Positions 29,997 through 39,978 of a DNA stretch of 64,000 bases are shown here, in pieces. The position numbers were made by a program, and so were the translations under genes. Source of the stretch: Candidatus Wolfebacteria bacterium RIFCSPLOWO2_01_FULL_47_17b. Lineage in GTDB: Bacteria; Patescibacteriota; Minisyncoccia; UBA6257; JAGOQP01. The notes under the pieces were generated by a model, which saw only the letters and a list, made by a program, of their open reading frames with translations, searched no databases and was not told the origin of the DNA. Each line of letters starts with the position of its first letter. Position 1 is the first letter of the stretch. The stretch spans positions 21,525 through 85,524 of the forward strand of contig MGIS01000024.1 of NCBI GenBank assembly GCA_001793865.1, read 5' to 3'.

Positions 29997-30671
29997 ATGA
30001 ATAAAAGGTTTCCGCACCTTTTTGTGCCCGTATTTTTTACCTTCCTTTTTGCCGTCTTGGCGTTGTCCGCACAAGCGGCGGATCCGCAGTTTTTGGTGAC
30101 GTGGAAAGCACAGACGAAGGTTCCGGTGTGGTATGAAGGCAAAGCGCTTGCGGTGCAGAACAGCTCGGTGCTTGTGTCGCTTGCGATGGTAGAGCAGAGC
30201 GGGAAACTCCTTAATCTTAGCGGATCTGAAATCCGATGGTATCTGAAAGGGGAATTGGTGCAGAAAGGGACGGGACTCACGTCCATTTCGGTTCTGAATA
30301 AGGACTTTTCGGGAAACTATATAGATCTGAAAGTTTCGGTTGAATATGCCGATCAGCAGAGCGGCAGGCGGTTTATTGATGCGTACTACACTATTCCTAT
30401 CGTAAGTCCCAAAGCGGTGGTAGAGTATAAGAATCTTCAACCCTCATACGTTGCCGGATCCGATCTTTTGGTGAAAGGCTATCCGTTCTTCTTCACAAAT
30501 TCGTATCTGAAGTCCGAATGGGACCTCGGCGGATCGCAAAAAGTGCAAGATTCATATGAACTTCGCATTGAACAGGCGCCAGCGGGAATACGCAGTATTC
30601 AATTTGCCGTATGGAACCCGAGCAGGGTGCTCGAAAAGGCGCAGAGCACGCTTTATTTACAGAGCAACTAG
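29997..30671 (+). CDS. Exported beta-rich hypothetical protein
   Basis: Signal peptide ending AQA-A; start reassigned downstream of TATACT. Confidence 0.7.
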   Translation: MNKRFPHLFVPVFFTFLFAVLALSAQAADPQFLVTWKAQTKVPVWYEGKALAVQNSSVLVSLAMVEQSGKLLNLSGSEIRWYLKGELVQKGTGLTSISVLNKDFSGNYIDLKVSVEYADQQSGRRFIDAYYTIPIVSPKAVVEYKNLQPSYVAGSDLLVKGYPFFFTNSYLKSEWDLGGSQKVQDSYELRIEQAPAGIRSIQFAVWNPSRVLEKAQSTLYLQSN

Positions 30672-30776
30672 AGTAATGACAAATCCGCCAGCTGGCGGAC
30701 CAATTTCCAATGTCAAATCAAGTCCAAAGGTCAAGATCCAAATGACAAGGCGGCTGTTTCGTTGTAGTATATATAC

Positions 30777-31058
30777 ATGGATGTTGAACAGATAAAAGTG
30801 AAAATCGTGCCAATACTCAAATCCGCTGGGGTTACGCGGTCGTCTTTGTTCGGCTCGGTCGTGCGGGGCGAAGCGACGGAATCCAGCGACGTTGATGTAC
30901 TGGTTGAATTTCCAAAAGGGAAAACGCTCCTTGATTTGGTGCGCCTGCAGAATGAGTTGGAGGGCGCACTTGACAGACGGGTTGATGTTTTGACGTATAA
31001 GTCACTACATCACTTGTTTCGAGACGAAGTTCTTAAAAGCCAAGTCCCCATACTATGA
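30777..31058 (+). CDS. MNT minimal nucleotidyltransferase antitoxin
   Basis: LFGSVVRGE...SDVDVLV...VDVLT. Confidence 0.92.
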   Translation: MDVEQIKVKIVPILKSAGVTRSSLFGSVVRGEATESSDVDVLVEFPKGKTLLDLVRLQNELEGALDRRVDVLTYKSLHHLFRDEVLKSQVPIL

Positions 31059-31396
31059 GAAAAGATCCTCAAACGCTCCTTAAACACATTAAAGAGAGTA
31101 TCGAATGGGTTGAATCATATGTTGCAGGACTTTCGTTTGAAGATTTTTTTAGATCGCAGGAAAAACAGGATGCCGTTTCAAAACGATTGGAGATAATCGG
31201 CGAAGCGGTGAAAAATCTTCCGCAAGAAATACGGGATGCACACACAGAGATTCCGTGGAAAGAAATAACAGGTATGCGGGATCGGCTTATACATGAGTAC
31301 TTTAGCATTGATGCGGAATTGGTGTGGGATACGATTGGATCTGATATGACGAAGTTAAAAAAATGGGTTGTGGAATTCTTGAATAAAAAGGAATAA
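31055..31396 (+). CDS. HEPN (DUF86) toxin
   Basis: LEIIGEAVK, IPWKEITGMRDRLIHEYF (RX4HXY). Confidence 0.92.
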   Translation: MRKDPQTLLKHIKESIEWVESYVAGLSFEDFFRSQEKQDAVSKRLEIIGEAVKNLPQEIRDAHTEIPWKEITGMRDRLIHEYFSIDAELVWDTIGSDMTKLKKWVVEFLNKKE

Positions 31397-33240
31397 TGAA
31401 AACAATTTTTATAATTTTATTTGTGCTCCCCATCTTTTCTTTCGGTACCGTTGTATATGCGCAGACGACGACGATATCAAGTAGTTCGCTTGCGCTGGAT
31501 CAGATACCCGGAGACCCAACCAACCCGCAGGGGCCGGCGGATCTGGTGCAGAAGATATTTGCGTTCGCGATATACATTGCAGGCACGCTTGCGGTCATTA
31601 TGATCGTATACGGCGGCGTGCGGTATGTGGTTGAAGCGGGCAATACCGCGTCGCAGACCGAAGCCAAGGAAGTATTGAAAGGAGCGGTATGGGGAATTAT
31701 CCTGCTTGCCGGCGGTTGGCTGATACTCAATACCATAAATCCCCAGCTTACCAATCTTTCGAACCTGGGCTTGCAAAACGTGACGATACACGGGAATACG
31801 TCGCAGTTAGAGCCGCCCGAGGGGCAGTTTGATACGGGTGGTAATCTTGGTGATAATACTCTCGGGTGTACGGTTGAAAATATAGGGATGTCGTACAATG
31901 ATCCAAACAGTGGATTGCAAAAGATTGCTATTGATTACCTTGCTACCACTCCAAATCTGGATTCTGGTGGAGATTGTGGCGTGAATACGAGTCCGAGAAA
32001 CATTGTTAATGCGGTTGCGGGCGGTACCATCCCGCAGGTATGTGATCGGAGCGACAAAAATCAATCATGTAGTTGCGAGCAAGGAGGTGATACGAATAAA
32101 AAAACGCTCTGTCCACTTCTTTTGCAGCGGCTTACTATTCTTCAGCAGAATGCAAGCGTGCTTCCATCATTCACAATTGAGAGTTTGACGGGGGGAGATC
32201 ATTCGCCGGGATCAACTCATTATCAGGGAAGAGGTGTTGATATTACTGTGCCGGGAGGCAGTATTGGTGACTGGCAGAATGTGCGTGCGGCAATGGTGCA
32301 AGCCGGATTTCGGTCTGCAAAATTTGAATACAATAGGAATGGCAGACCATACTTTTCTCCAGGAAGTGGAAATGACGGCGACTTCCTCGCATCAGGGAGT
32401 ACAAACCAGCATATACATGCTGAATCAGGAGGAGCAGGAAGCCCTCCTCCAGGTAGTGAAAATCAATTATTGGAAGATTTGAAGAATCTTGCATTGCAAC
32501 TTGACTTGAATAAATTTAAGGGCGATATGTCCTGGGGGCTTCCATCGAGTACCCTTGATCCTACGTATACATGTAATGCGGGATCCGATCCGCGCTCAAT
32601 TATCAGCGAGACCTCAAAGATGAATCTTCCGATGGTGTGTGATACAAGCGCGTACGGGACGATCCCGGGAACCGATAACGTTTTTTCGGTTGACTGTTCA
32701 TGTAATGTTGGCGGTAAAGATGGAGTTCGTGTGTTGGATAAGCGTTTGCTCCAGAAACTCGTTTCCCTACAAGAAAGCGGTATTGACTATAGGGTCGTTT
32801 CCTTAACGGGAGGCGTACATAAAAATGACGGAATTGCGAGTAGTCACCATTATAGCGGTACCGCGCTGGATGTGGTTCCAATGAGCGGCTCGGTAATATC
32901 TCAAAATCAATCTGATTGGATTGCGCTGTATAATGCTGTCAAATCTGCTCAGCCGATCGCCGGAATCGTTGATTATATATACGATGAGGTGAACACGGAT
33001 TCCAAGATCGTATTTGAAGGGGTTACGCCGATTGAGTATAGGTGGATTGATAGTATTATTACAAAGCCTACTAATGATACTTTGGCATTGCTTCAGTGCC
33101 CCACAATGAATTTCAGCGGGAGCAGTCCAACACATTTGTACAGCATATTTGAGATTAAAAATCCCATCGCAGATTCACGCTTTCATACCGAGATTATAGG
33201 GAGGTGCTACAATCCGCGTATTCGAGCAGTCGTGAATTAA
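31396..33240 (+). CDS. VirB2/TrbC-like pilin fused to two M15/LAS-like metallopeptidase repeats
   Basis: Two-TM pilin ending ILNTINPQL; SLTGGDH..STHYQGRGVDI...HIH; second SLTGGVH...HHYSGTALDV. Confidence 0.7.
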   Translation: MKTIFIILFVLPIFSFGTVVYAQTTTISSSSLALDQIPGDPTNPQGPADLVQKIFAFAIYIAGTLAVIMIVYGGVRYVVEAGNTASQTEAKEVLKGAVWGIILLAGGWLILNTINPQLTNLSNLGLQNVTIHGNTSQLEPPEGQFDTGGNLGDNTLGCTVENIGMSYNDPNSGLQKIAIDYLATTPNLDSGGDCGVNTSPRNIVNAVAGGTIPQVCDRSDKNQSCSCEQGGDTNKKTLCPLLLQRLTILQQNASVLPSFTIESLTGGDHSPGSTHYQGRGVDITVPGGSIGDWQNVRAAMVQAGFRSAKFEYNRNGRPYFSPGSGNDGDFLASGSTNQHIHAESGGAGSPPPGSENQLLEDLKNLALQLDLNKFKGDMSWGLPSSTLDPTYTCNAGSDPRSIISETSKMNLPMVCDTSAYGTIPGTDNVFSVDCSCNVGGKDGVRVLDKRLLQKLVSLQESGIDYRVVSLTGGVHKNDGIASSHHYSGTALDVVPMSGSVISQNQSDWIALYNAVKSAQPIAGIVDYIYDEVNTDSKIVFEGVTPIEYRWIDSIITKPTNDTLALLQCPTMNFSGSSPTHLYSIFEIKNPIADSRFHTEIIGRCYNPRIRAVVN

Positions 33241-33244
33241 TATC

Positions 33245-34423
33245 ATGAGAAGAGTAATTATCATACTTATCATAGTTGTTATTATCGCGATCATTGCGGG
33301 TGTTGTATTCGCGCTGTTGGACTCCGGTAACGGAGATGGTGAAGATTCTCCGTTGAAAAACGTATTTCCAATTTCTCTCCTGTATCCCGATACATCTTCT
33401 ACTCCCGGTGTCTTCATTCCAGGAAGTGGCGGAGGAAGCGGTGGGTACACTGAGGAGACCGATGAATACGCGGAAGGTTCTGCTGTGCATCCGATCCCAC
33501 TTTCACAGGAAGAGATATATGGATACTGGGTTTCGAGCAGTACGGCATTCTTTTTGACCAAAGACGGGGACCTGAAGAAAAACGACGGGACTGGAGAATT
33601 TTCACTTCTGTCGCATTCATACGGCATACCGCTTAGGGTAAAGCAAAATCTCGCTGGGACCGCCGCCGCGGTGAAGTTTGATTCCGGATCCACGTATCTA
33701 TATATAGAAAGCCGCAATGCGTGGGAGTTTTTGGGCAATGCCATAAGCGACTTTGCATTTTCGCCGGACGGCAACAGTTTATTGGCGCTTGAAGAACGGG
33801 GAAGTGAAATGTCCATGGTGCGACACGAGCCATTTACAACACCGAAGCGCGCCGTGACGCTGCTTCGTATGAGTGGTGTGGATTTGCGCGTGCAGTGGCC
33901 GAGCGCAAATCGGGCGGTGCTTTCATCGGTGCCTTCATACTATGCCGAAAGTCAGATATGGGAAATAAACCTGCAAACGCAGACATTTAGAAAAATAGCA
34001 GTGGGAAGCGGTATGAGCGCAATTACCTCGCCGTTCGTCACGCGCACGGTTGTCTTTACGCCCGAATCGAAACAGAAAATGGTTGCACGTTTGTATGCCT
34101 CGGATGGAACTCAGGTGAATTCTTATTCCAGAATGCTTCTTGAGGCAAAGTGCGGTGCATCGCTGAGTGATCCCATTGTGTGGTGCGGCGCCCCTCAGCT
34201 TGTACCTGCCGATGCTCACGTGTTTCCCGATGATTATCTTCAGCGTGAGGTATTTACGCACGATGAACTCGCGGGCATCGCGCTTGATACGGGAGAATTT
34301 TTCACGATTCCGTTCAGGTCCGACTCATATGTGGATATGTCTGGAGTCAAACATAGTAATGGTGTTGTGTATTTTATAAACCGACTTGATGATAGATTAT
34401 ATAAACTAGAAGTTGGACTTTAG
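33245..34423 (+). CDS. Membrane-anchored beta-propeller-like hypothetical protein
   Basis: N-terminal TM, FAFSPDG repeat-like motif. Confidence 0.65.
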   Translation: MRRVIIILIIVVIIAIIAGVVFALLDSGNGDGEDSPLKNVFPISLLYPDTSSTPGVFIPGSGGGSGGYTEETDEYAEGSAVHPIPLSQEEIYGYWVSSSTAFFLTKDGDLKKNDGTGEFSLLSHSYGIPLRVKQNLAGTAAAVKFDSGSTYLYIESRNAWEFLGNAISDFAFSPDGNSLLALEERGSEMSMVRHEPFTTPKRAVTLLRMSGVDLRVQWPSANRAVLSSVPSYYAESQIWEINLQTQTFRKIAVGSGMSAITSPFVTRTVVFTPESKQKMVARLYASDGTQVNSYSRMLLEAKCGASLSDPIVWCGAPQLVPADAHVFPDDYLQREVFTHDELAGIALDTGEFFTIPFRSDSYVDMSGVKHSNGVVYFINRLDDRLYKLEVGL

Positions 34424-34430
34424 GAGTTAC

Positions 34431-34464
34431 GAGGTGGAACCTCGGTTTGGGGAGGTTCTACCTC
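34431..34464. repeat. AGGTTNAACCT-family REP doublet (intergenic)
   Basis: GAGGTGGAACCTCGGTTTGGGGAGGTTCTACCTC. Confidence 0.7.
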
Positions 34465-34478
34465 TAATACAATTAACT

Positions 34479-35639
34479 ATGTTTTCCCTATTCAAAAAAA
34501 AAGAGACCAAGACGCCGTATGAGCGGCAGGCGGATATCATTATACGGAATCTTCCGGTTGGCGTTGTTGTATATGATGCGGACTTTGAGGTACAGATATT
34601 CAACCCTGCCGCAGAAGATATATTTGGCATTACCGTGCAGGAGGCAATGGCGCAAAAACTGGATGCGTCACTTACCATGGATCCAAAACTGCAGCTGTTT
34701 GTGCGGGTTGTTTTCTCCACGCTGGCGCCGGTCGTCATCAAGCGGTCCGATCCGGGAAAATATCCGCAGATCGCCGATATCATATTCGACGACCCGCATG
34801 TAGAACTTAATGTGGTGACCGATACCGTCTATGAAGAACTTCCCGATGGAACTCGGGGAAAGCCGAACGGGTTCATTAAGCTTATTGTCAATAAAACACG
34901 TGAAGCGAACCTCATTCAATCAAAGGCGGAATTCATTACGGTCGCCGCGCATCAATTGCGTACACCGCTTACCGCCGTTAACTGGGCGCTCGAGGCGCTT
35001 GAGGGAAGCATTACCGATCCCGGACAAAAAGAATTGTTGGACACCGGTTTTGGAGCGGTCAAGAATTCTTTGAAAATCGTCAATGATCTTCTGGACGTTT
35101 CGAAGATCGAAGAAGGACGGTTTGGATATGAATTTCATAAAGTAAGCATGGTTGATTTTCTGGAACGGGCGCTTATGCAAGTTGCGGATATTGCAAAACA
35201 ATATGGAGTTAAGTTTTATTTTGATCATAGTCAGCAATCGCAGGTGGAAGTTTCCATTGATGAGCAAAAAATGGGAATTGTATTCTTTAATCTTTTTGAC
35301 AACGCGATTCAGTACAATGTGGAGAATGGGCAGGTGACGGTACGCGTGAAGCGGGATATGACGAAAAATTCGGTAGTGGTGAGCGTGGAGGATACCGGTA
35401 TCGGCATCCCACAGGAGGAGATTAATAAGGTATTCTCAAAATTTTTTCGTGCCGAGAACGCCAAGAAAACCATCGCCAACGGAAATGGGCTTGGCTTGTA
35501 TATCGCCCGCAATATTGTTCGGGCGCACGGGGGAGATATGTGGGTGGAGTCGGAGGTGAACCGCGGCACGACGTTTTACGTGTCCATACCAGTTGAGCGC
35601 CAGGCCGCGAGCGAGGAATTATTGGGGGGAAATAGTTAG
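34479..35639 (+). CDS. PAS-domain sensor histidine kinase (cytoplasmic)
   Basis: AAHQLRTPL, NLFDNAIQY, DTGIGI, GNGLGL, GTTF; start reassigned to ATG 34479. Confidence 0.92.
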   Translation: MFSLFKKKETKTPYERQADIIIRNLPVGVVVYDADFEVQIFNPAAEDIFGITVQEAMAQKLDASLTMDPKLQLFVRVVFSTLAPVVIKRSDPGKYPQIADIIFDDPHVELNVVTDTVYEELPDGTRGKPNGFIKLIVNKTREANLIQSKAEFITVAAHQLRTPLTAVNWALEALEGSITDPGQKELLDTGFGAVKNSLKIVNDLLDVSKIEEGRFGYEFHKVSMVDFLERALMQVADIAKQYGVKFYFDHSQQSQVEVSIDEQKMGIVFFNLFDNAIQYNVENGQVTVRVKRDMTKNSVVVSVEDTGIGIPQEEINKVFSKFFRAENAKKTIANGNGLGLYIARNIVRAHGGDMWVESEVNRGTTFYVSIPVERQAASEELLGGNS

Positions 35640-35698
35640 GCGTCAAACGCGCTGACTCCATTAGACATTTTCGTACTTTCTCATTTATACTGTATGCA

Positions 35699-37321
35699 AT
35701 GAGAAAGTATGTCTTTGTGGTGGGAGGGGTTATGTCCGGCGTAGGCAAGGGCGTGGCTTCGTCTTCCATTGCACGCATCCTCAAAGACGGCGGATACCGC
35801 GTAACAGCGGTAAAAATCGATCCCTATGTGAACGTAGACGCCGGGACGATGAATCCGACCGAACATGGGGAGGTTTTTGTGCTTGACGATGGTACCGAAT
35901 GTGATCAGGACATGGGCAACTATGAACGATTCTTGCACACCAATCTGTCCGGTTATAACTATATGACTACGGGCAGTGTGTACTTATCCGTTATCCAAAA
36001 GGAGCGAAATCTTGAGTATCATGGCAAATGTGTGGAAGTGGTTCCGCACGTTCCGCTTGCTGTTCTGGATACCATCAATGGCGCCTTGAAGCATACGAAA
36101 TCCGAGATCGTGGTTGTTGAAATTGGCGGCACGATCGGCGAGTACCAAAATCTCATCTTTCTTGAAGCTGTGCGTATGCTCAAACAGAAGCATCCCGACG
36201 ATGTTGCTCTGGTTCTTGTCAGCTATCTCCCGCTTTTGAATAAAGACAACGAACTCAAAACAAAGCCGACGCAATACGCGGTTCGCACGCTGAACTCCGC
36301 CGGTTTGCAGCCGGATATCATACTTGCCCGTTCCGCTCAGTCGATTGACGATAAGCGCAAAGAAAAGATCGCGTTCAACTGCAATATACCGAAACATTCT
36401 GTGGTTGCGGCGCCCGATGTTAAAAATATATATGAAATTCCGGTCAACTTGCGGAAAGGGAAGATAGATATGCTTCTTCTGAAGAAACTTGGTTTGCGTA
36501 AACGAGAAAACGCGTCGGCACAGTGGCGGAAGTTCGCATTGTCTTTGGACGGCGTCCAGAAAACGGTGCGCATTGGGATAGTGGGAAAATATTTTTCGTC
36601 CGGATCGTTTGTCCTTGCCGATTCCTACCGCTCGGTCATCGAGGCGTTGCGCCATGCGGCTCATCAGGAGAAGATTAAATTGGAACTTGATTGGATTGAT
36701 TCGGAACAGGTACAGAAAAAACCCTCTTTAATCGGGCAGTACGATGGCATTCTGGTCCCTGGCGGATTCGGAGCGCGCGGTATTGAGGGGAAGATCAAAG
36801 CGATTGAATACGCCCGTACGCATAAAATCCCCTATTTCGGGCTGTGCTATGGTATGCAGCTTGCGGTGGTGGAATTTACCCGTAATGTGGTGGGCCTTAA
36901 AAAAGCCCATACCACCGAGGCGGATCCCAAGACGCCGTATCCGGTCATCGCGGTGCTTCCTGAACAAAAAGAATATTTGGCTTTAAAAAAATATGGCGCA
37001 ACTATGCGCCTAGGAGGATATCCTGCCGTGTTGCAGAAGAATACGATCGCTCGTGAAGCGTACGGAAAACCGAATATTCGTGAACGCCATCGGCATCGTT
37101 ATGAAGTGAACCCCGATTATCTGAAGGTGTTAGCGGACGCGGGCTTGGTGATATCCGGCATTTCTCCATCGCAGGAACTTGCGGAAATCATCGAACTGCC
37201 GCGGACGGTTCATCCGTTTTTCGTCGGCACGCAGTTTCATCCGGAGCTTACGAGTCGTCCCCTTGAGCCGCATCCGCTCTTCTGTGCCTTTATGAAAGCC
37301 GCAAAAAGAGAGAGTTTATAG
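35699..37321 (+). CDS. pyrG: CTP synthase
   Basis: GGVMSGVGKG, KIDPYVNVDAGTMNP, GLCYGMQ, ERHRHRYE, QFHPE. Confidence 0.98.
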   Translation: MRKYVFVVGGVMSGVGKGVASSSIARILKDGGYRVTAVKIDPYVNVDAGTMNPTEHGEVFVLDDGTECDQDMGNYERFLHTNLSGYNYMTTGSVYLSVIQKERNLEYHGKCVEVVPHVPLAVLDTINGALKHTKSEIVVVEIGGTIGEYQNLIFLEAVRMLKQKHPDDVALVLVSYLPLLNKDNELKTKPTQYAVRTLNSAGLQPDIILARSAQSIDDKRKEKIAFNCNIPKHSVVAAPDVKNIYEIPVNLRKGKIDMLLLKKLGLRKRENASAQWRKFALSLDGVQKTVRIGIVGKYFSSGSFVLADSYRSVIEALRHAAHQEKIKLELDWIDSEQVQKKPSLIGQYDGILVPGGFGARGIEGKIKAIEYARTHKIPYFGLCYGMQLAVVEFTRNVVGLKKAHTTEADPKTPYPVIAVLPEQKEYLALKKYGATMRLGGYPAVLQKNTIAREAYGKPNIRERHRHRYEVNPDYLKVLADAGLVISGISPSQELAEIIELPRTVHPFFVGTQFHPELTSRPLEPHPLFCAFMKAAKRESL

Positions 37322-37325
37322 GAGT

Positions 37326-37420
37326 GGGTGTAGCAGCTTGTATGGTCTAAAGTCTATGGGTAAGAGCATGCGGACCCGTAACTATCCCCACGGACCATAC
37401 TAGCGTCCATACCCATGCCT
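37326..37420. repeat. Hairpin element, family B, empty copy
   Basis: GTAGCAGCTTGTATGGT ... ACCATACTAGCGTCCATACC; arms match those at 40796 and 41240. Confidence 0.8.
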
Positions 37421-37485
37421 ATATCAAAATCAACAGTGGGGAGTGGTGTATAAGTTCTAGAATTGATGTATTATATATTTATTAT

Positions 37486-38502
37486 ATGAAAATAAACCCT
37501 ATTGATATCACCTGGTCGTCGCTTTTTAGGATTCTTGCGGTTCTGATTTTGGCTGTGACGGCATATTATATCCGCGAGGTGTTTGTTATTCTTTTTATCG
37601 CCATTATCATATCGTCCGCGCTTCATACGCCGGTACAGTACCTTGAACGAAAGAAGATTCCCCGAGTGCTGAGCGTATTGATGATATTTTTGATCGCACT
37701 TGCGATCGTATCACTTATTGTATACGCGGTAGCGCCGGTACTCATTATCCAGCTTAAGTATTTTCTCTCGAATATCAACGAGCTTCGTATTCCGCTTTTG
37801 GATTCGTTCGGCACTTCGGATGCCGTTTCACAGCTTAATGGCCAGCTTAACCAGTGGCTAAATAATTTATTCTACGGCGGGTCAGACATTGTCGGATTTA
37901 TAACTTCGTTCGCGGGCAACGTATTGTTTGTGTTTGTGGCGGTTGTGCTTTCATTTTACCTTTCGATTAGTAAGGGTGGCATTCAGCGTTTCATCCGTTC
38001 TGTTATGCCGATCGAAAAAGAAGAGTATGCCATAGATTTGTACAAGCGCACGAGGCGAAAGATTGGCAGGTGGTTTACGAGTCAGATTATTATCAGTTTT
38101 TTTGTGGGATCGCTCACGTTTATCAGCCTGCTTATCCTAGGGACTGATTACGCTCTTTTACTCGGCATACTGGCCGCGGTCCTTGAAATCGTGCCGTACG
38201 TCGGGCCGATTGTCGTGGGAATTGTGAGTTTTGTAGTGATCCTGCCGGAATCTGCGACGTTGGCATTCATTGCGGTGATTATATTCTTTCTTATCCAGCA
38301 ACTTGAAAACCATGTGCTTGTGCCGCTTATTGTCGGCCGAGCTATCGGCATTGACCCCGTTATGATTGTAATCGCTATTCTTGCGGGAGGTGAACTCGCG
38401 GGCCTTACTGGCGCGCTTGTCGCGATCCCAGTTGCTATTATCCTGCAAGAGATTATAGACGACTGGAGTCTCAAGAAGACGCAGAAATTAAAGTCTTCTT
38501 GA
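37486..38502 (+). CDS. AI-2E family transporter
   Basis: LEIVPYVGP, QQLENHVLVP, GALVAIP. Confidence 0.9.
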   Translation: MKINPIDITWSSLFRILAVLILAVTAYYIREVFVILFIAIIISSALHTPVQYLERKKIPRVLSVLMIFLIALAIVSLIVYAVAPVLIIQLKYFLSNINELRIPLLDSFGTSDAVSQLNGQLNQWLNNLFYGGSDIVGFITSFAGNVLFVFVAVVLSFYLSISKGGIQRFIRSVMPIEKEEYAIDLYKRTRRKIGRWFTSQIIISFFVGSLTFISLLILGTDYALLLGILAAVLEIVPYVGPIVVGIVSFVVILPESATLAFIAVIIFFLIQQLENHVLVPLIVGRAIGIDPVMIVIAILAGGELAGLTGALVAIPVAIILQEIIDDWSLKKTQKLKSS

Positions 38503-38504
38503 GC

Positions 38505-39977
38505 ATGAAGGAGAAATATTATATTACCACCGCCATTGACTATGTGAATGCGCCACCGCATATCGGGCATGCGCTTGAAAAAATACAGGCGGATGTGCTT
38601 GCTCGCTACGCGCGTCTCAAGGGGATGGATGTGTATTTTTTGACTGGAACAGACGAGCATGGTTCCAAGATAGCCCGTACTGCCCGTGAGGCTGGTGCGG
38701 AGGTAAAGAAATTCGCTGCCCAGAACAGTAAAACCTTTAAGGAGCTCAAAGAGATCCTGAACCTATCATGGAACCAATTTATACGGACAAGTGACCAAAA
38801 AAAGCACTGGCCCGGTGTCATAAAAATGTGGAATGCTCTTGCCGCCGCGGGCGACCTGTACAAGAAGACGTATCGTGGGCTGTACTGTGCCGGCTGTGAA
38901 GGATTTTTAACAGAAAAAGATTTGGTAGATGGTCTGTGCCCGATACACAAAAAAGAGCCCGAACTTGTGGAGGAGGAGAATTATTTTTTTCGCCTCTCTG
39001 CATACGGCAAACAGATAAAACAGGCAATCCAAAACAAGGATATACGCGTGATTCCTGAATCACGCGAGCGCGAAATTCTTTCTCTTATTAATACTGGACT
39101 TGAGGATGTGAGCTTCTCTAGGTCAAAGGAGAAACTTGCGTGGGGGATTCCGGTTCCGGGTGATGATTCTCAGACGATGTATGTCTGGGCGGACGCTCTT
39201 ACAAATTACATTTCCGCGATCGGATATGGTCAGTCCGATGTCTTGATGTCTCGGAATTTTGAAAAATGGTGGCCGGCAGACGTACACGTGGTAGGTAAAG
39301 ATATTCTGCGATTTCATGCGGCTATCTGGCCCGCGATGCTTCTTTCGGCAAAACTGCCGCTTCCTAGGGTGCTTTTTGTGCACGGATTTGTGAATGCCGA
39401 GGGGCAGAAAATATCCAAATCTTTGGGAAATGTTATAGCGCCTCAGGATATTGTTTCCGCGTACGGCACTGACCCATTCCGATACTACTTTTTACGGGAG
39501 ATATCACCCACCGAGGACGGGGATTTTTCTCAGACCCGGTTCTTGGAGCGATACAATGCTGACTTGGCCAATGGCTTGGGGAATTTTACCGCGCGTGTTG
39601 CGACGCTCGTTTCGAAAAGAGAGCTCAAAAAGGACTTCAAACTTATGGACCTTATTGTTGAACAGCGTATCAAGACGGTGCAGAAGAATATAGATGAAGC
39701 GATGCGGGCGTTTCGGTTCAATGACGCCCTCGCCGAGCTCTGGGAATTAATTTCGTTTGGTGACGGCTATCTGAACGAAAAACAACCATGGGCGAAACAG
39801 GCGGTTGATGTAGATAACGCACTTTTTTCCCTTTCGGTGCTTGTGACAAGCATCGCGGTTCTACTTGAGCCTTTTTTGCCGAAAACGGCCAAAAAAATAT
39901 CTGACGCCATTTCTCTTAAAGGAAAGATGGTTGAAGTAAAAGAAGTTCCAAAATTATTTCCGAGATTAGAGCAATAA
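38505..39977 (+). CDS. metG: Methionine--tRNA ligase
   Basis: YITTAIDYVNAPPHIGH, TGTDEHG, YVWADAL, GKDILRFH, KISKS. Confidence 0.97.
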   Translation: MKEKYYITTAIDYVNAPPHIGHALEKIQADVLARYARLKGMDVYFLTGTDEHGSKIARTAREAGAEVKKFAAQNSKTFKELKEILNLSWNQFIRTSDQKKHWPGVIKMWNALAAAGDLYKKTYRGLYCAGCEGFLTEKDLVDGLCPIHKKEPELVEEENYFFRLSAYGKQIKQAIQNKDIRVIPESREREILSLINTGLEDVSFSRSKEKLAWGIPVPGDDSQTMYVWADALTNYISAIGYGQSDVLMSRNFEKWWPADVHVVGKDILRFHAAIWPAMLLSAKLPLPRVLFVHGFVNAEGQKISKSLGNVIAPQDIVSAYGTDPFRYYFLREISPTEDGDFSQTRFLERYNADLANGLGNFTARVATLVSKRELKKDFKLMDLIVEQRIKTVQKNIDEAMRAFRFNDALAELWELISFGDGYLNEKQPWAKQAVDVDNALFSLSVLVTSIAVLLEPFLPKTAKKISDAISLKGKMVEVKEVPKLFPRLEQ

Positions 39978-39978
39978 T

